Of a stretch of DNA of 64,000 bases, positions 17,369 to 26,472 are shown piece by piece. This stretch comes from an uncultured Pelagibacteraceae bacterium. Lineage in GTDB: Bacteria > Pseudomonadota > Alphaproteobacteria > Pelagibacterales > Pelagibacteraceae. The notes beneath the pieces are model-generated. The model ran no database searches and had not been told where the DNA came from. It saw only the letters and a list, made by a program, of their open reading frames with translations. Within the stretch, counting starts at the first letter, position 1, and every line of letters starts with the position of its first letter. Made by a program: the position numbers and the translations under genes. The stretch spans positions 16,287-80,286 of the forward strand of contig CACIJY010000002.1 of NCBI GenBank assembly GCA_902587095.1, written 5' to 3'.

Positions 17369-19989
17369 TACAAACCTTTAACTGTGATTGATATTTTATC
17401 AATATTTTTTTGTAATTCATTATAGTTATTTTTCTCTTGATCAACAATATTTTTTGGTGCCCTATCGACAAAACTTTTGTTGGATAGTCTTTTTGATATT
17501 ACATCTAATTCTGCCTCATATTTGCTCTGCCTTTTAAGTAAATTCTCTTTAATTAATGACAGATCAACTGACTGGTCAAAGTAAATTTTAAATATATCGC
17601 CTGCAATCACAAGATTTGCAGATGGTTTGTTTTTTTCACTATCAAAGAAGTTATTAATTCTACCTAATCTTTTTAGTACAATTTCGTTTTTAATAATAAA
17701 ATCCTGATCTTTTTTTGGTAAATTAGCTAATGACATATCAACAAAAGAGCCAGGACTTACATTTAGTTCATTTTTAAAAGATCTTAGTTGGCTTATGAGA
17801 TCAATTATTTTTTGTACTTCTTTAATATTCTTGTCACTTTTTATTTTATTTAAAGTCCAATTTGTGTGCATTAAATAACTACTATTCAATTTATCGAGTT
17901 TATTCTTTAGCCAGAGTTCCTCTGTTATAAACGGGATAAACGGGTGTAATAAAACTAAGATTTCTTTAAAAACGTAAGAGGTCGTTAATTTTACCTCATT
18001 TATAGATTTTTTGTCTTTAGAATTTAAAATAGTTTTTGAAAGCTCTAAGTACCAATCACAATAAGAATGCCATACAAACTGATAGATATTTCTAGCAGCT
18101 TCATCAAATCTGTATTCTTTGATGTTTTTTTCTATCTCCTTTGTTGTTTGATTTAACTCTGAAATTATCCATTTATTTATATTAAGTTTAATTTTTGGTG
18201 ATTTTTTTGACTTTTTAAAATCACATTTATTCATGGATAAAAAGTTATTAGCATTCCACAACTTATTTAAAAAATTTCTATAACCTTTAACTCTATCCTC
18301 AGAAAGTTTCACATCACGACCAGGTGAAGCCATTGATAATAAAGTAAATCTTAATGCATCAGCGCTATACTTTTCTATTAATACTAAGGGATCAATAACA
18401 TTGCCTTTAGATTTTGACATTTTTTGACCTTTTTCATCTCTAACTAAAGCATGAACATAAATATCTTTAAAAGGTTCTTTATTTAAAAATTCCATTCCAA
18501 ACATCATCATTCTTGCAACCCAAAAGAAGATAATATCAAAGCCGGTAACTAATACAGATGTTGGATAAAACTTTTTTAAATATTCATTTTTTTTTGGCCA
18601 TCCCAAAGTTGCAAATGCCCATAAACCTGATGAGAACCATGTATCTAATACATCTTCATCTCTAACTAATTCAACGTCTTTTTTATATTTTTTCTTAGCA
18701 AGTTTTTTTGCTTCATTTAAATTATTTGCAACAAATATCTTTTTATCTGGACCATACCAAGCAGGTATTTGATGGCCCCACCATAACTGTCTTGATATGC
18801 ACCACGGTTCTATATTGTTCATCCATTGAAAATATGTTTTAGACCAATTTTTTGGAAAGAAACTTGTTTTTTTATTCTTAACTATTTTCTTTGCTTTTAT
18901 AGATAATTTTTTTGCATCTGCAAACCATTGTTCAGTTAAATAAGGCTCTATAATAGAGTTTGATCTATCACCATAGGGAACTTTATTTTTTATTTTTTCC
19001 TCTTTAATTAATTTGTCACCTAATTCATTAAGTATTTTTTTTCGAGCCTCAAATCTATCTAATCCGACATATTCATTTGGTGCATTATTATTAATTTTAC
19101 CATCTTCAGTGAAAATATTTATAATTTCCAGTTTATTTCTTTTACCAACATCATAGTCATTAAAGTCATGTGCGGGTGTAATTTTAACAGCTCCAGAACC
19201 TTGCTCTGGATCTGCGTAATCATCAGCTATTATTTTAATCTTTCTGTTAGTAATTGGTAAAATTACATTTTTTCCAACTAAACTTTGATATCTTTCATCT
19301 TTAGGGTTTACAGCTATCGCTGTATCACCGAGCATAGTTTCGGGCCTAGTTGTTGCAATTGTTATAAAATTTGATGAATTTTCTATTTGGTAATTTATAT
19401 AATATAGTTTTGAATTGACCTCTCTTTGATCAACCTCTAAATCTGATATAGCTGTTTTTAGAACCGTATCCCAATTTACTAATTTTTTTGACTTATAAAT
19501 TAAACCTTTATTATATAAATCTATGAAAACTTTGATTACAGATGATGATAAATTTTTATCCATAGTAAAAGCATTTCTCGACCAATCACAAGAACATCCA
19601 AGTTTTTTTAATTGATTGATAATTATTCCCCCATATTCTTTTTTCCACTCCCAAACTTTTTTAATAAATTTATCTCTACCAATAGTTTTTTTATTAATAT
19701 TTTGACTTTCTAATTTTTTCTCTACTAATGCTTGTGTTGCAATACCTGCATGGTCAGTTCCAGGTTGCCACAAAGTTTCAAAATTATTCATTCTATGATA
19801 CCTGATTAATAAATCTTGGATCGTATTATTTAATGCATGTCCCATATGTAAACTTCCAGTCACATTAGGGGGCGGTATTACAATTGAATATTTTCTTTTA
19901 TTTTTTTTTGGTTTAAATAATTTTTTTTTCTCCCAATAAGAATAAATTCTATTTTCTACTTTTTTATGTATATATTTTTCTGAACTCAT
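17368..19989 (-). CDS. valS: Valyl-tRNA synthetase
   Basis: [44 protein letters not shown]. Confidence 0.98.
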   Translation of the reverse strand: MSSEKYIHKKVENRIYSYWEKKKLFKPKKNKRKYSIVIPPPNVTGSLHMGHALNNTIQDLLIRYHRMNNFETLWQPGTDHAGIATQALVEKKLESQNINKKTIGRDKFIKKVWEWKKEYGGIIINQLKKLGCSCDWSRNAFTMDKNLSSSVIKVFIDLYNKGLIYKSKKLVNWDTVLKTAISDLEVDQREVNSKLYYINYQIENSSNFITIATTRPETMLGDTAIAVNPKDERYQSLVGKNVILPITNRKIKIIADDYADPEQGSGAVKITPAHDFNDYDVGKRNKLEIINIFTEDGKINNNAPNEYVGLDRFEARKKILNELGDKLIKEEKIKNKVPYGDRSNSIIEPYLTEQWFADAKKLSIKAKKIVKNKKTSFFPKNWSKTYFQWMNNIEPWCISRQLWWGHQIPAWYGPDKKIFVANNLNEAKKLAKKKYKKDVELVRDEDVLDTWFSSGLWAFATLGWPKKNEYLKKFYPTSVLVTGFDIIFFWVARMMMFGMEFLNKEPFKDIYVHALVRDEKGQKMSKSKGNVIDPLVLIEKYSADALRFTLLSMASPGRDVKLSEDRVKGYRNFLNKLWNANNFLSMNKCDFKKSKKSPKIKLNINKWIISELNQTTKEIEKNIKEYRFDEAARNIYQFVWHSYCDWYLELSKTILNSKDKKSINEVKLTTSYVFKEILVLLHPFIPFITEELWLKNKLDKLNSSYLMHTNWTLNKIKSDKNIKEVQKIIDLISQLRSFKNELNVSPGSFVDMSLANLPKKDQDFIIKNEIVLKRLGRINNFFDSEKNKPSANLVIAGDIFKIYFDQSVDLSLIKENLLKRQSKYEAELDVISKRLSNKSFVDRAPKNIVDQEKNNYNELQKNIDKISITVKGL

Positions 19990-20107
19990 GAATGTTTAAT
20001 AGTTTATAATTCAATAAACACATTAAACAACAATCAAAATTAGATTGAATTTGATGGAGTATTTCATATATAAACATTAAATAGATTGTTTTGATAATCA
20101 TTTTAAC

Positions 20108-20181
20108 GGTAACGTGGCGGAATGGTTACGCAGAGGATTGCAAATCCTTGTATCCCGGTTCGATTCCGGGCGTTACCTCCA
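20108..20181 (+). tRNA. tRNA-Cys(GCA)
   Basis: GGTAACG/CGTTACC acceptor stem, anticodon loop TT-GCA-AA, GGTTCGATTCC T arm, encoded CCA. Confidence 0.96.
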
Positions 20182-20235
20182 AAAAAAGAGTTGTTTTAAC
20201 TAAAAAAAAAAGTAAGTTTTGATTGATTTCTACAT

Positions 20236-20311
20236 TCCTCGGTAGCTCAGTTGGTAGAGCAGTTGACTGTTAATCAATTGGTCGCAGGTTCGAGTCCTGC
20301 CCGAGGAGCCA
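20236..20311 (+). tRNA. tRNA-Asn(GTT)
   Basis: TCCTCGG/CCGAGGA acceptor, TAGCTCAGTTGGTAGAGC D arm, GTTGA-CT-GTT-AA-TCAAT anticodon arm, CCA end. Confidence 0.97.
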
Positions 20312-20353
20312 GTAGCATAAAAATTAAATATAATATTATTTAAATTTCTATAA

Positions 20354-21385
20354 TTAAAAAGAAAGTAACTTTTTATCAACGATATATTCAACTAAGCAAT
20401 TTTTAAAATATGTGTGAGCCGTCCTATTTGGATGATAATCACCTTGTATGATATATTTCTCATTTGATGGTAAAGCGCAATTAACAAATTTTATATTATT
20501 TTTTTTAAAAAAATTATCATAATTTTCTTTTTTAAAACTGCCTAACCAATCAAGATTAACCAAAATAAAATTAGAACCAGATTGTTCTGAAAGTTTTTTC
20601 ATTTTTAAAATCGTTTTTTTTGTAACAATAATTTGTTGTTTAGTTTTTTTTCCAGCTTTTGATTTAATATAAACTCTATTTCTAGAATTTAATTTCATAT
20701 ATACTTTCTCAATTAAAGTAATAATAGAAGATATCTCTCTAAAAGGTAAATCTAAATAACCTATCGGTTTATGGATAATCAGCTCATCATTCTTTCCAAT
20801 TACGCCATAGGGCGTGTAAACATGTCCACGACTAGAGTATTGAGATAGCATTCTTAACCATCCAGAATGAGCTATATTGCGATACTCATGATGTTGGATT
20901 ATTCCATAAATTATCAAATGTGGTTTTATATTTTTTGAAATTAGGTCTTTCAAAAGTAAATAAGATTGTATACTTCCGTATCCTCCTTGTCCAAAATTAT
21001 ATACTTTGTAACTATTATATTTTTTTTGTAATTCATATGAGAACGTTTCATTATCATTAACGCCCCATCCCTGAGCAAACGAACCGCCTATTATTAAAAT
21101 CTCTTTTTTTGAATTATTTTTAATATCACTATTTTTTCTGTTGCCATTTTCATTGAAACTCATAGTAAAATTCTTACCATTAATATCTACTGGTAGAAAT
21201 TTGTATGTTCCTTCTTTAGCAATCCAGCCTAGTTTAGGATCTGATTTAAAAATTGAAGGGTCGTTAATACTAATATTTTTCCATGGCTTAATTACAAAAA
21301 CTCTTAAAAATATTTCAACAAATATTAGTGATATAAATAATGAAATTAATATGATTGATATTTTTTTGTACAGACTAACCTTCAT
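20354..21385 (-). CDS. Membrane-anchored SGNH/GDSL hydrolase-family protein
   Basis: N-terminal TM (…VEIFLR), block I IIGGSFAQG (GDS-like, Ser kept), block II NFGQGGYG, block V GDYHPN. Confidence 0.75.
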   Translation of the reverse strand: MKVSLYKKISIILISLFISLIFVEIFLRVFVIKPWKNISINDPSIFKSDPKLGWIAKEGTYKFLPVDINGKNFTMSFNENGNRKNSDIKNNSKKEILIIGGSFAQGWGVNDNETFSYELQKKYNSYKVYNFGQGGYGSIQSYLLLKDLISKNIKPHLIIYGIIQHHEYRNIAHSGWLRMLSQYSSRGHVYTPYGVIGKNDELIIHKPIGYLDLPFREISSIITLIEKVYMKLNSRNRVYIKSKAGKKTKQQIIVTKKTILKMKKLSEQSGSNFILVNLDWLGSFKKENYDNFFKKNNIKFVNCALPSNEKYIIQGDYHPNRTAHTYFKNCLVEYIVDKKLLSF

Positions 21386-21419
21386 AGTTTCGTTGCTTTA
21401 AATGCTAACGAGTACTTAA

Positions 21420-21791
21420 TTACCCTGTTTTTTCGACTTTATTTACTACGTTATCTAGACTTTTTGTAAATTTAATTTTTTGATCATTAGAAAGTTCAGA
21501 ATATACTTTTAACAAAAAATTATAATTTATGCTTAAATGTCCTTCTTTAATTTTTTCAGCATTTATCAGATATTCTGAAAAATCCTCAAAAAAATAACTT
21601 ATTGGAACCTTTAAATAGTTAGAAAGTTGCAACAATCTCATTGAACTAACACCATTTGTTCCTTTTTCGTATTTTTGAATTTGTTGAAATGTAACGTTGA
21701 TTGCTTTAGCTACTTTAGTTTGAGTTAAACCTAATGCTAAGCGTCTTAACTTAAGCTTGCTACCTAAGTGTTTATTAAAATTATCTTCCAT
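21420..21791 (-). CDS. XRE/Cro-C1 HTH transcriptional regulator (PraR/PhrR-like)
   Basis: HLGSKLKLRR…TFQQIQKYEKGTN…LKVPISYFFED signature; GAGGGG RBS. Confidence 0.88.
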   Translation of the reverse strand: MEDNFNKHLGSKLKLRRLALGLTQTKVAKAINVTFQQIQKYEKGTNGVSSMRLLQLSNYLKVPISYFFEDFSEYLINAEKIKEGHLSINYNFLLKVYSELSNDQKIKFTKSLDNVVNKVEKTG

Positions 21792-21808
21792 TAAGACCCC
21801 TCGTAAAA

Positions 21809-21836
21809 AGGATAATTGAACTCTATCCTGAGAGTT
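21809..21836. promoter_or_regulatory. Overlapping inverted repeats upstream of the XRE gene (candidate operator)
   Basis: AACTCT-N6-AGAGTT (21819-21836) interleaved with AGGATA…TATCCT (21809-21829). Confidence 0.4.
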
Positions 21837-21939
21837 TATGCAAGCACAAAAAAAATTATTTTTATGGTAATTTGTAGCTTGACAATCTGAAAATTCTAAA
21901 AAATTGCTCTGAAAAATAAGGTATTTTTGGTAACTAAAA

Positions 21940-22674
21940 TTATAAAATTTGACTTAAAAATAGCTTTGTACGATCACTTTTTGGGTTTGCAAAAAATTCT
22001 TTAGTGGTATTTTTTTCAACAATCATACCTTCATCCATAAAAATTACTTCATCTGCAACTTCTTTAGCAAATCCCATCTCATGTGTTACTACAATCATTG
22101 TCATTCCACCTTTTGCAAGGTTTACCATTGCATCTAAAACCTCTTTAATCATCTCTGGATCAAGTGCAGATGTCGGTTCATCAAATAACATTATTTTTGG
22201 CTCCATACATAATGCTCTTGCAATAGCAGATCTTTGTTGTTGTCCACCAGATAGTTGACCTGGAAATTTATAAGCTTGATCAGCTATCTGAACTTGCTCT
22301 AATTGTTTTAAAGCTAACTCTTCGGCCTTCTTTTTTGGCATTTTTTTTACCCATATTGGTGCTAATGTGCAGTTATCTAATATTGATAAATGTGGAAATA
22401 AGTTAAATTGTTGAAAAACCATACCAACTTCAGCTCTAATTTCCTCAATATTCTTTGTATTTTCACTTAATTCATTACCATCAACAATTATTGTGCCCTC
22501 TTGATGTTCCTCAAGTCTATTTATACATCTTATTAAAGTTGATTTGCCTGATCCTGATGGACCACAAACTACAATTTTTTGCTTTGGTTTAACGTCTAAA
22601 TTAATATTTTTTAAAACTTGAAAATCGCCAAACCACTTATTTACATCATTTATTTTAATTATTGATTCAGACAT
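21940..22674 (-). CDS. aapP: General L-amino acid ABC transporter ATPase (AapP/YhdZ)
   Basis: [47 protein letters not shown]. Confidence 0.94.
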   Translation of the reverse strand: MSESIIKINDVNKWFGDFQVLKNINLDVKPKQKIVVCGPSGSGKSTLIRCINRLEEHQEGTIIVDGNELSENTKNIEEIRAEVGMVFQQFNLFPHLSILDNCTLAPIWVKKMPKKKAEELALKQLEQVQIADQAYKFPGQLSGGQQQRSAIARALCMEPKIMLFDEPTSALDPEMIKEVLDAMVNLAKGGMTMIVVTHEMGFAKEVADEVIFMDEGMIVEKNTTKEFFANPKSDRTKLFLSQIL

Positions 22675-23943
22675 TTATCTCTCAGTTTTATATTTTTGTT
22701 CAAGATTATAACTATATTTACTCATTGCATAGCAAATTATCCAAAAAATTATAGCTGCAAAAATATAGCCCTCCATTGCAAATCCAAGCCATTTAGGATT
22801 GGTTTTTGCAAGAGCAAGCATTCCTGCGATTTCAGCTAAGCCAACAACAAATATTAAAGGCGTATCTTTAACTAAAGCTAAAAATGTATTTGCTATACCT
22901 GGAATTACTAATTTTAAAGCCTGAGGAAGAATAACAAAAATATGCATTTTCCAATAACCCATTCCTAATGATTTAGCTGCATCGTATTGGCCTCTTGGTA
23001 ATGCTTGCAAACCTCCTCTTATAACTTCCGCACAATAAGCCGCTTCAAATAAAGTAATTGCAATAATTACTCTAACAAGTTTATCCATAAAAAAGTCCTC
23101 AGGTAAAAACATAGGAAACATAACTGAAGACATAAATAACACTGTTATTAAAGGCACACCTCTCCAAAATTCGATATAACAAATAGAAACATATTTAACT
23201 GCTGGTAAGTTTGACCTTCTTCCTAAAGCAAGAATCATGCCTAGTGGAAAACAGAAAATTAAACAGAAAAATGAGACAATGAAAGTTAAAGACAGTCCTC
23301 CCCAAGCACCTGTCTCAACCCAGACTAAACCAAAAGAACCGCCAGAAATTAAATAATAAATTATCAAAAAAGCTATTATTGGATAAATAACAACATAATA
23401 AAGAGCTAAATATTTTTTTAAATTTTCTTTAAAAAAATAACCAACAAAGCCTAAAGCAATAACTAAAATAAATGCCGAATTAATTCTCCAATGAAGCTCA
23501 TTTGGATACATTCCGTACATAAATCTTTTAAACCAAACTTTTATATAAGTCCAACAAGCGCCAGTTCCAGTACATGCTGCTTTAGTATCACCAGAAATAT
23601 TTGCATCAAGTACCATCCAACTTAATGCAGGAGGAATTGCTTTTAGGATAGTAAAAATGATTAATAATGTTAGTAAAGCATTAAAATTAGACGGGTTAAT
23701 ATGTTTATTAATTTTATCTACTAATTTAATACCGCTATATTCCATTCTTATAAATGAAAGACCTATAAATCCGATAATTAATGGAAAAAATAAGTTTAAA
23801 TTTCCTGGTAAAAAAGAAGTAATATTTAAATCAAAAAAAGAATAAACAAAAACATCAAATATGGCCAATGAAAATAAAAATGAGCCTATGTAAATATTTG
23901 TTATAGGGTTGCTGGTTTTAATCTTTGATAAACTTATGTTCAT
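22675..23943 (-). CDS. aapM: Amino acid ABC transporter permease (AapM/YhdY)
   Basis: GACW, WGGL, LALGRRS, RGVPLITVLF, EVIRGGLQALPRGQ, KDT. Confidence 0.92.
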   Translation of the reverse strand: MNISLSKIKTSNPITNIYIGSFLFSLAIFDVFVYSFFDLNITSFLPGNLNLFFPLIIGFIGLSFIRMEYSGIKLVDKINKHINPSNFNALLTLLIIFTILKAIPPALSWMVLDANISGDTKAACTGTGACWTYIKVWFKRFMYGMYPNELHWRINSAFILVIALGFVGYFFKENLKKYLALYYVVIYPIIAFLIIYYLISGGSFGLVWVETGAWGGLSLTFIVSFFCLIFCFPLGMILALGRRSNLPAVKYVSICYIEFWRGVPLITVLFMSSVMFPMFLPEDFFMDKLVRVIIAITLFEAAYCAEVIRGGLQALPRGQYDAAKSLGMGYWKMHIFVILPQALKLVIPGIANTFLALVKDTPLIFVVGLAEIAGMLALAKTNPKWLGFAMEGYIFAAIIFWIICYAMSKYSYNLEQKYKTER

Positions 23944-23944
23944 T

Positions 23945-25096
23945 TTATTTTTCTTTAATTTCTATTCTTTTGTTGTACCAGTTCATCAAAGCTGCAATTG
24001 ACAAGCTTATTGTTAAATAAGTTAACATTGTAATTCCTACAATCTCGATAGCTTTTCCAGTTTGCATTAATGCTGTTCCTGCAAAAACTAATACTAAGTC
24101 TGGATATGCAATAGCAGCTGCTAAAGATGAGTTTTTTGTTAAATTTAAATATTGGTTAGTAGTTGGTGGTATTATTATTCTTAAAGCTTGAGGCATGATT
24201 ACTAATTTTAAAATTTGATTTGGGTTCAATCCTACAGATGCAGCGGCTTCTTTTTGTCCTTTGCTTATGCCTTGAATTCCTGCTCTTACACATTCAGCAA
24301 CAAATGTTGATGTATATAAAGACAAGGCAACTACTAATGCAATTAATTCAGGTGGTAATGCAATTCCACCTTCAAATATAAAAGATGTTTGAGCTAATTG
24401 TTTTAAAACAGGTAACTCAAAATCAAGTTTAACACCTCCTATTAAAAATGATAGTAAAGGCAAAATAATCAATAATCCTATTGAAATATAGATAACAGGT
24501 AATTGTTTGCCTTCTCTTTCTTGAAGTTTTCTCGCATAAATTCTTATAAAGATTATTGAAACTATTGCAGCTATCAAACACGATAAAAATACGTTTAAAT
24601 TTTCCCATATCATTGATGGTATGTAATAACCCTTTATAGTCATATAAGTTACACCAAACCACGGCTCTGCAGTTTCTGGTAAAGGTAATGCCCTTAAAGC
24701 AGCATAATACCAAAAGAAAATTTGTAATAATAACGGTATGTTTCTAAAAAACTCTACGTACCATGCAGCAGAATTTCTAATCAGAAAATTTTGAGATAGC
24801 CTTGCAACACCAATTATAACGCCTAAAATTGTACAAAATATTATTCCTAAAAAAGATACTAAAAGTGTGTTTAATAAAGCTACCACATAAGCCCATGCAT
24901 AAGAGTCTTGACCATCATAGTCGAGCAATGTGAACTGCATGTCAAATGATGCTTCTTGAGAAAGGAAACCAAAACCAAAATCTATTCCTCTATTATCCAT
25001 GTTGACTTGAGCATTCATGGTAAAAAAGCCAAATATTAGGACTACAAAAAGTATCGTTAAAATTTGCGGTATGAGTTTTTTAATTTTGTTGTTCAT
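23945..25096 (-). CDS. aapQ: Amino acid ABC transporter permease (AapQ/YhdX)
   Basis: LLNTLLVS, ARLSQN, FRNIPLLLQIFFWY, GQKEAA, NLTKNSSLA, TGKAIE. Confidence 0.92.
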   Translation of the reverse strand: MNNKIKKLIPQILTILFVVLIFGFFTMNAQVNMDNRGIDFGFGFLSQEASFDMQFTLLDYDGQDSYAWAYVVALLNTLLVSFLGIIFCTILGVIIGVARLSQNFLIRNSAAWYVEFFRNIPLLLQIFFWYYAALRALPLPETAEPWFGVTYMTIKGYYIPSMIWENLNVFLSCLIAAIVSIIFIRIYARKLQEREGKQLPVIYISIGLLIILPLLSFLIGGVKLDFELPVLKQLAQTSFIFEGGIALPPELIALVVALSLYTSTFVAECVRAGIQGISKGQKEAAASVGLNPNQILKLVIMPQALRIIIPPTTNQYLNLTKNSSLAAAIAYPDLVLVFAGTALMQTGKAIEIVGITMLTYLTISLSIAALMNWYNKRIEIKEK

Positions 25097-25109
25097 TAAC
25101 TCTATATAT

Positions 25110-25141
25110 AAAAAAAGGGCTAGAAAAATCTAGCCCTTTTT
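25110..25141 (-). terminator. Intrinsic terminator / stabilising hairpin between aapJ and aapQ
   Basis: Minus strand AAAAA GGGCTAGA TTTT TCTAGCCC TTTTTTT; perfect 8-bp stem. Confidence 0.87.
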
Positions 25142-25158
25142 GAAGATTTTAAAAGAAA

Positions 25159-26196
25159 TTATCTTGCTGGTGGAACGTATAAAATTCCGCCTTTTGTCCA
25201 AAGTTGATTTGGACCTCTGTCTGGTAAAATACCAGTGTCAGCTATATTTCTTTTATAACTTTCACCGTAATTACCAACTTGCTTGATAATTCTTAGGTTC
25301 CACTCGTTATCTAAACCGAATGCTGCACCCATTTCACCTTCAGCTCCAACTAATCTTTTGATTGCTGGGTTATCTGAAGTTTTCATAGAATCAGCGTTTG
25401 CAGAAGTAATTCCATACTCCTCAGCTTCGATCATAGTATTCAAAGACCATCTTACAATGTCTTCCCATACAGCATCACCTTGTCTTACAACTGGTCCTAA
25501 AGGCTCTTTAGAAATAGTTTCTGGTAACACAATGTGCTCATTTGGGTTTTTCATTTTAGTTCTTTGAGCTGCTAAACCTGATTTGTCAGTTGTGTAAGTA
25601 TCACATCTTCCAGCATCATATGCAGCAACAACCTCGTCAGCCTTTTCAAAAGCTACTGGCTCATATTTAATTCCTTTTGAATTAAAGAAATCTCTCATAT
25701 TTAGCTCAGTTGTTGTACCAATGTTAGTACAAGCTGAAATACCATCTTTAAATTGGCTTGTTGAAGTTATTCCAGAGCTTTTTCTGACCATGAAACCTTG
25801 ACCATCATAGAAGTTTACTCCTACGAAAGTAAGTCCAATATCAGCATCTCTAGATAATGTCCAAGTAGTGTTTCTTGATAAAATATCAATTTCACCTGAC
25901 GTTAAAGCTGTAAATCTTTCTTTAGCACTTAGTGGAGTGAATTTTACTTTATTCGCATCACCAAGAACTGCAGCAGCAACAGCTCTGCAAACATCAACAT
26001 CTATTCCAGTCCAATTTCCAGATGCATCTGCATTTGAAAATCCTGGTAGACCTTGTGAAACACCACATCTAACAAAACCCTTTTTTTGAGTGTTTTTTAG
26101 AGTTTTTGACTTTTTAGCCATAGCCTCTGTTGTAAATGCAAACACAACAGCGATCATTGCTACTAAAGAAGTCAATTGTTTTAAGTGTTTAAACAT
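25159..26196 (-). CDS. aapJ: Amino acid ABC transporter substrate-binding protein (AapJ/YhdW)
   Basis: CGVSQGLPGFS, DVCRAVAAA, RFTAL, SRNTTWT, ISKEPLGP, GNYGE. ATG at 26196 with GAGGAA RBS. Confidence 0.95.
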   Translation of the reverse strand: MFKHLKQLTSLVAMIAVVFAFTTEAMAKKSKTLKNTQKKGFVRCGVSQGLPGFSNADASGNWTGIDVDVCRAVAAAVLGDANKVKFTPLSAKERFTALTSGEIDILSRNTTWTLSRDADIGLTFVGVNFYDGQGFMVRKSSGITSTSQFKDGISACTNIGTTTELNMRDFFNSKGIKYEPVAFEKADEVVAAYDAGRCDTYTTDKSGLAAQRTKMKNPNEHIVLPETISKEPLGPVVRQGDAVWEDIVRWSLNTMIEAEEYGITSANADSMKTSDNPAIKRLVGAEGEMGAAFGLDNEWNLRIIKQVGNYGESYKRNIADTGILPDRGPNQLWTKGGILYVPPAR

Positions 26197-26215
26197 ATAT
26201 TTCCTCTTAAGTTGT

Positions 26216-26255
26216 TTATTTGTTAACAAATAATTCAAAATAAATTTTTGAATTA
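26216..26255. promoter_or_regulatory. 18-bp perfect palindrome plus overlapping 10-bp inverted repeat upstream of aapJ
   Basis: TTATTTGTTAACAAATAA (26216-26233); TAATTCAAAA-taaat-TTTTGAATTA (26231-26255). Confidence 0.5.
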
Positions 26256-26368
26256 ACTAAGTTAATCATTTAAATAAAATTTGATCAACGTAAATCAAAT
26301 ATACAACATGATCAAAATGTCACTAAATATTAATGAAAAAAAAGGTTAAAACAACCTAAGGTAGAATA

Positions 26369-26445
26369 TGGCGCGCCCTGAAGGATTCGAACCTCCGACC
26401 CACGGTTTAGAAAACCGTTGCTCTATCCAGCTGAGCTAAGGGCGC
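26369..26445 (-). tRNA. tRNA-Arg(TCT)
   Basis: Reverse complement GCGCCCTTAGCTCAGCTGGATAGAGCAACGGT-TT-TCT-AA-ACCGT…GGTTCGAATCC…GGGCGCGCCA. Confidence 0.96.
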
Positions 26446-26472
26446 AATGTTAAAATTATTTATATTACTTAA

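Noticed and set aside
20108-26445. Possible tRNA-bounded integrative element (tRNA-Cys/Asn to tRNA-Arg)
   Set aside because: No integrase, no duplicated tRNA 3' end that I could find, and the content (aapJQMP, XRE) looks like core genome.
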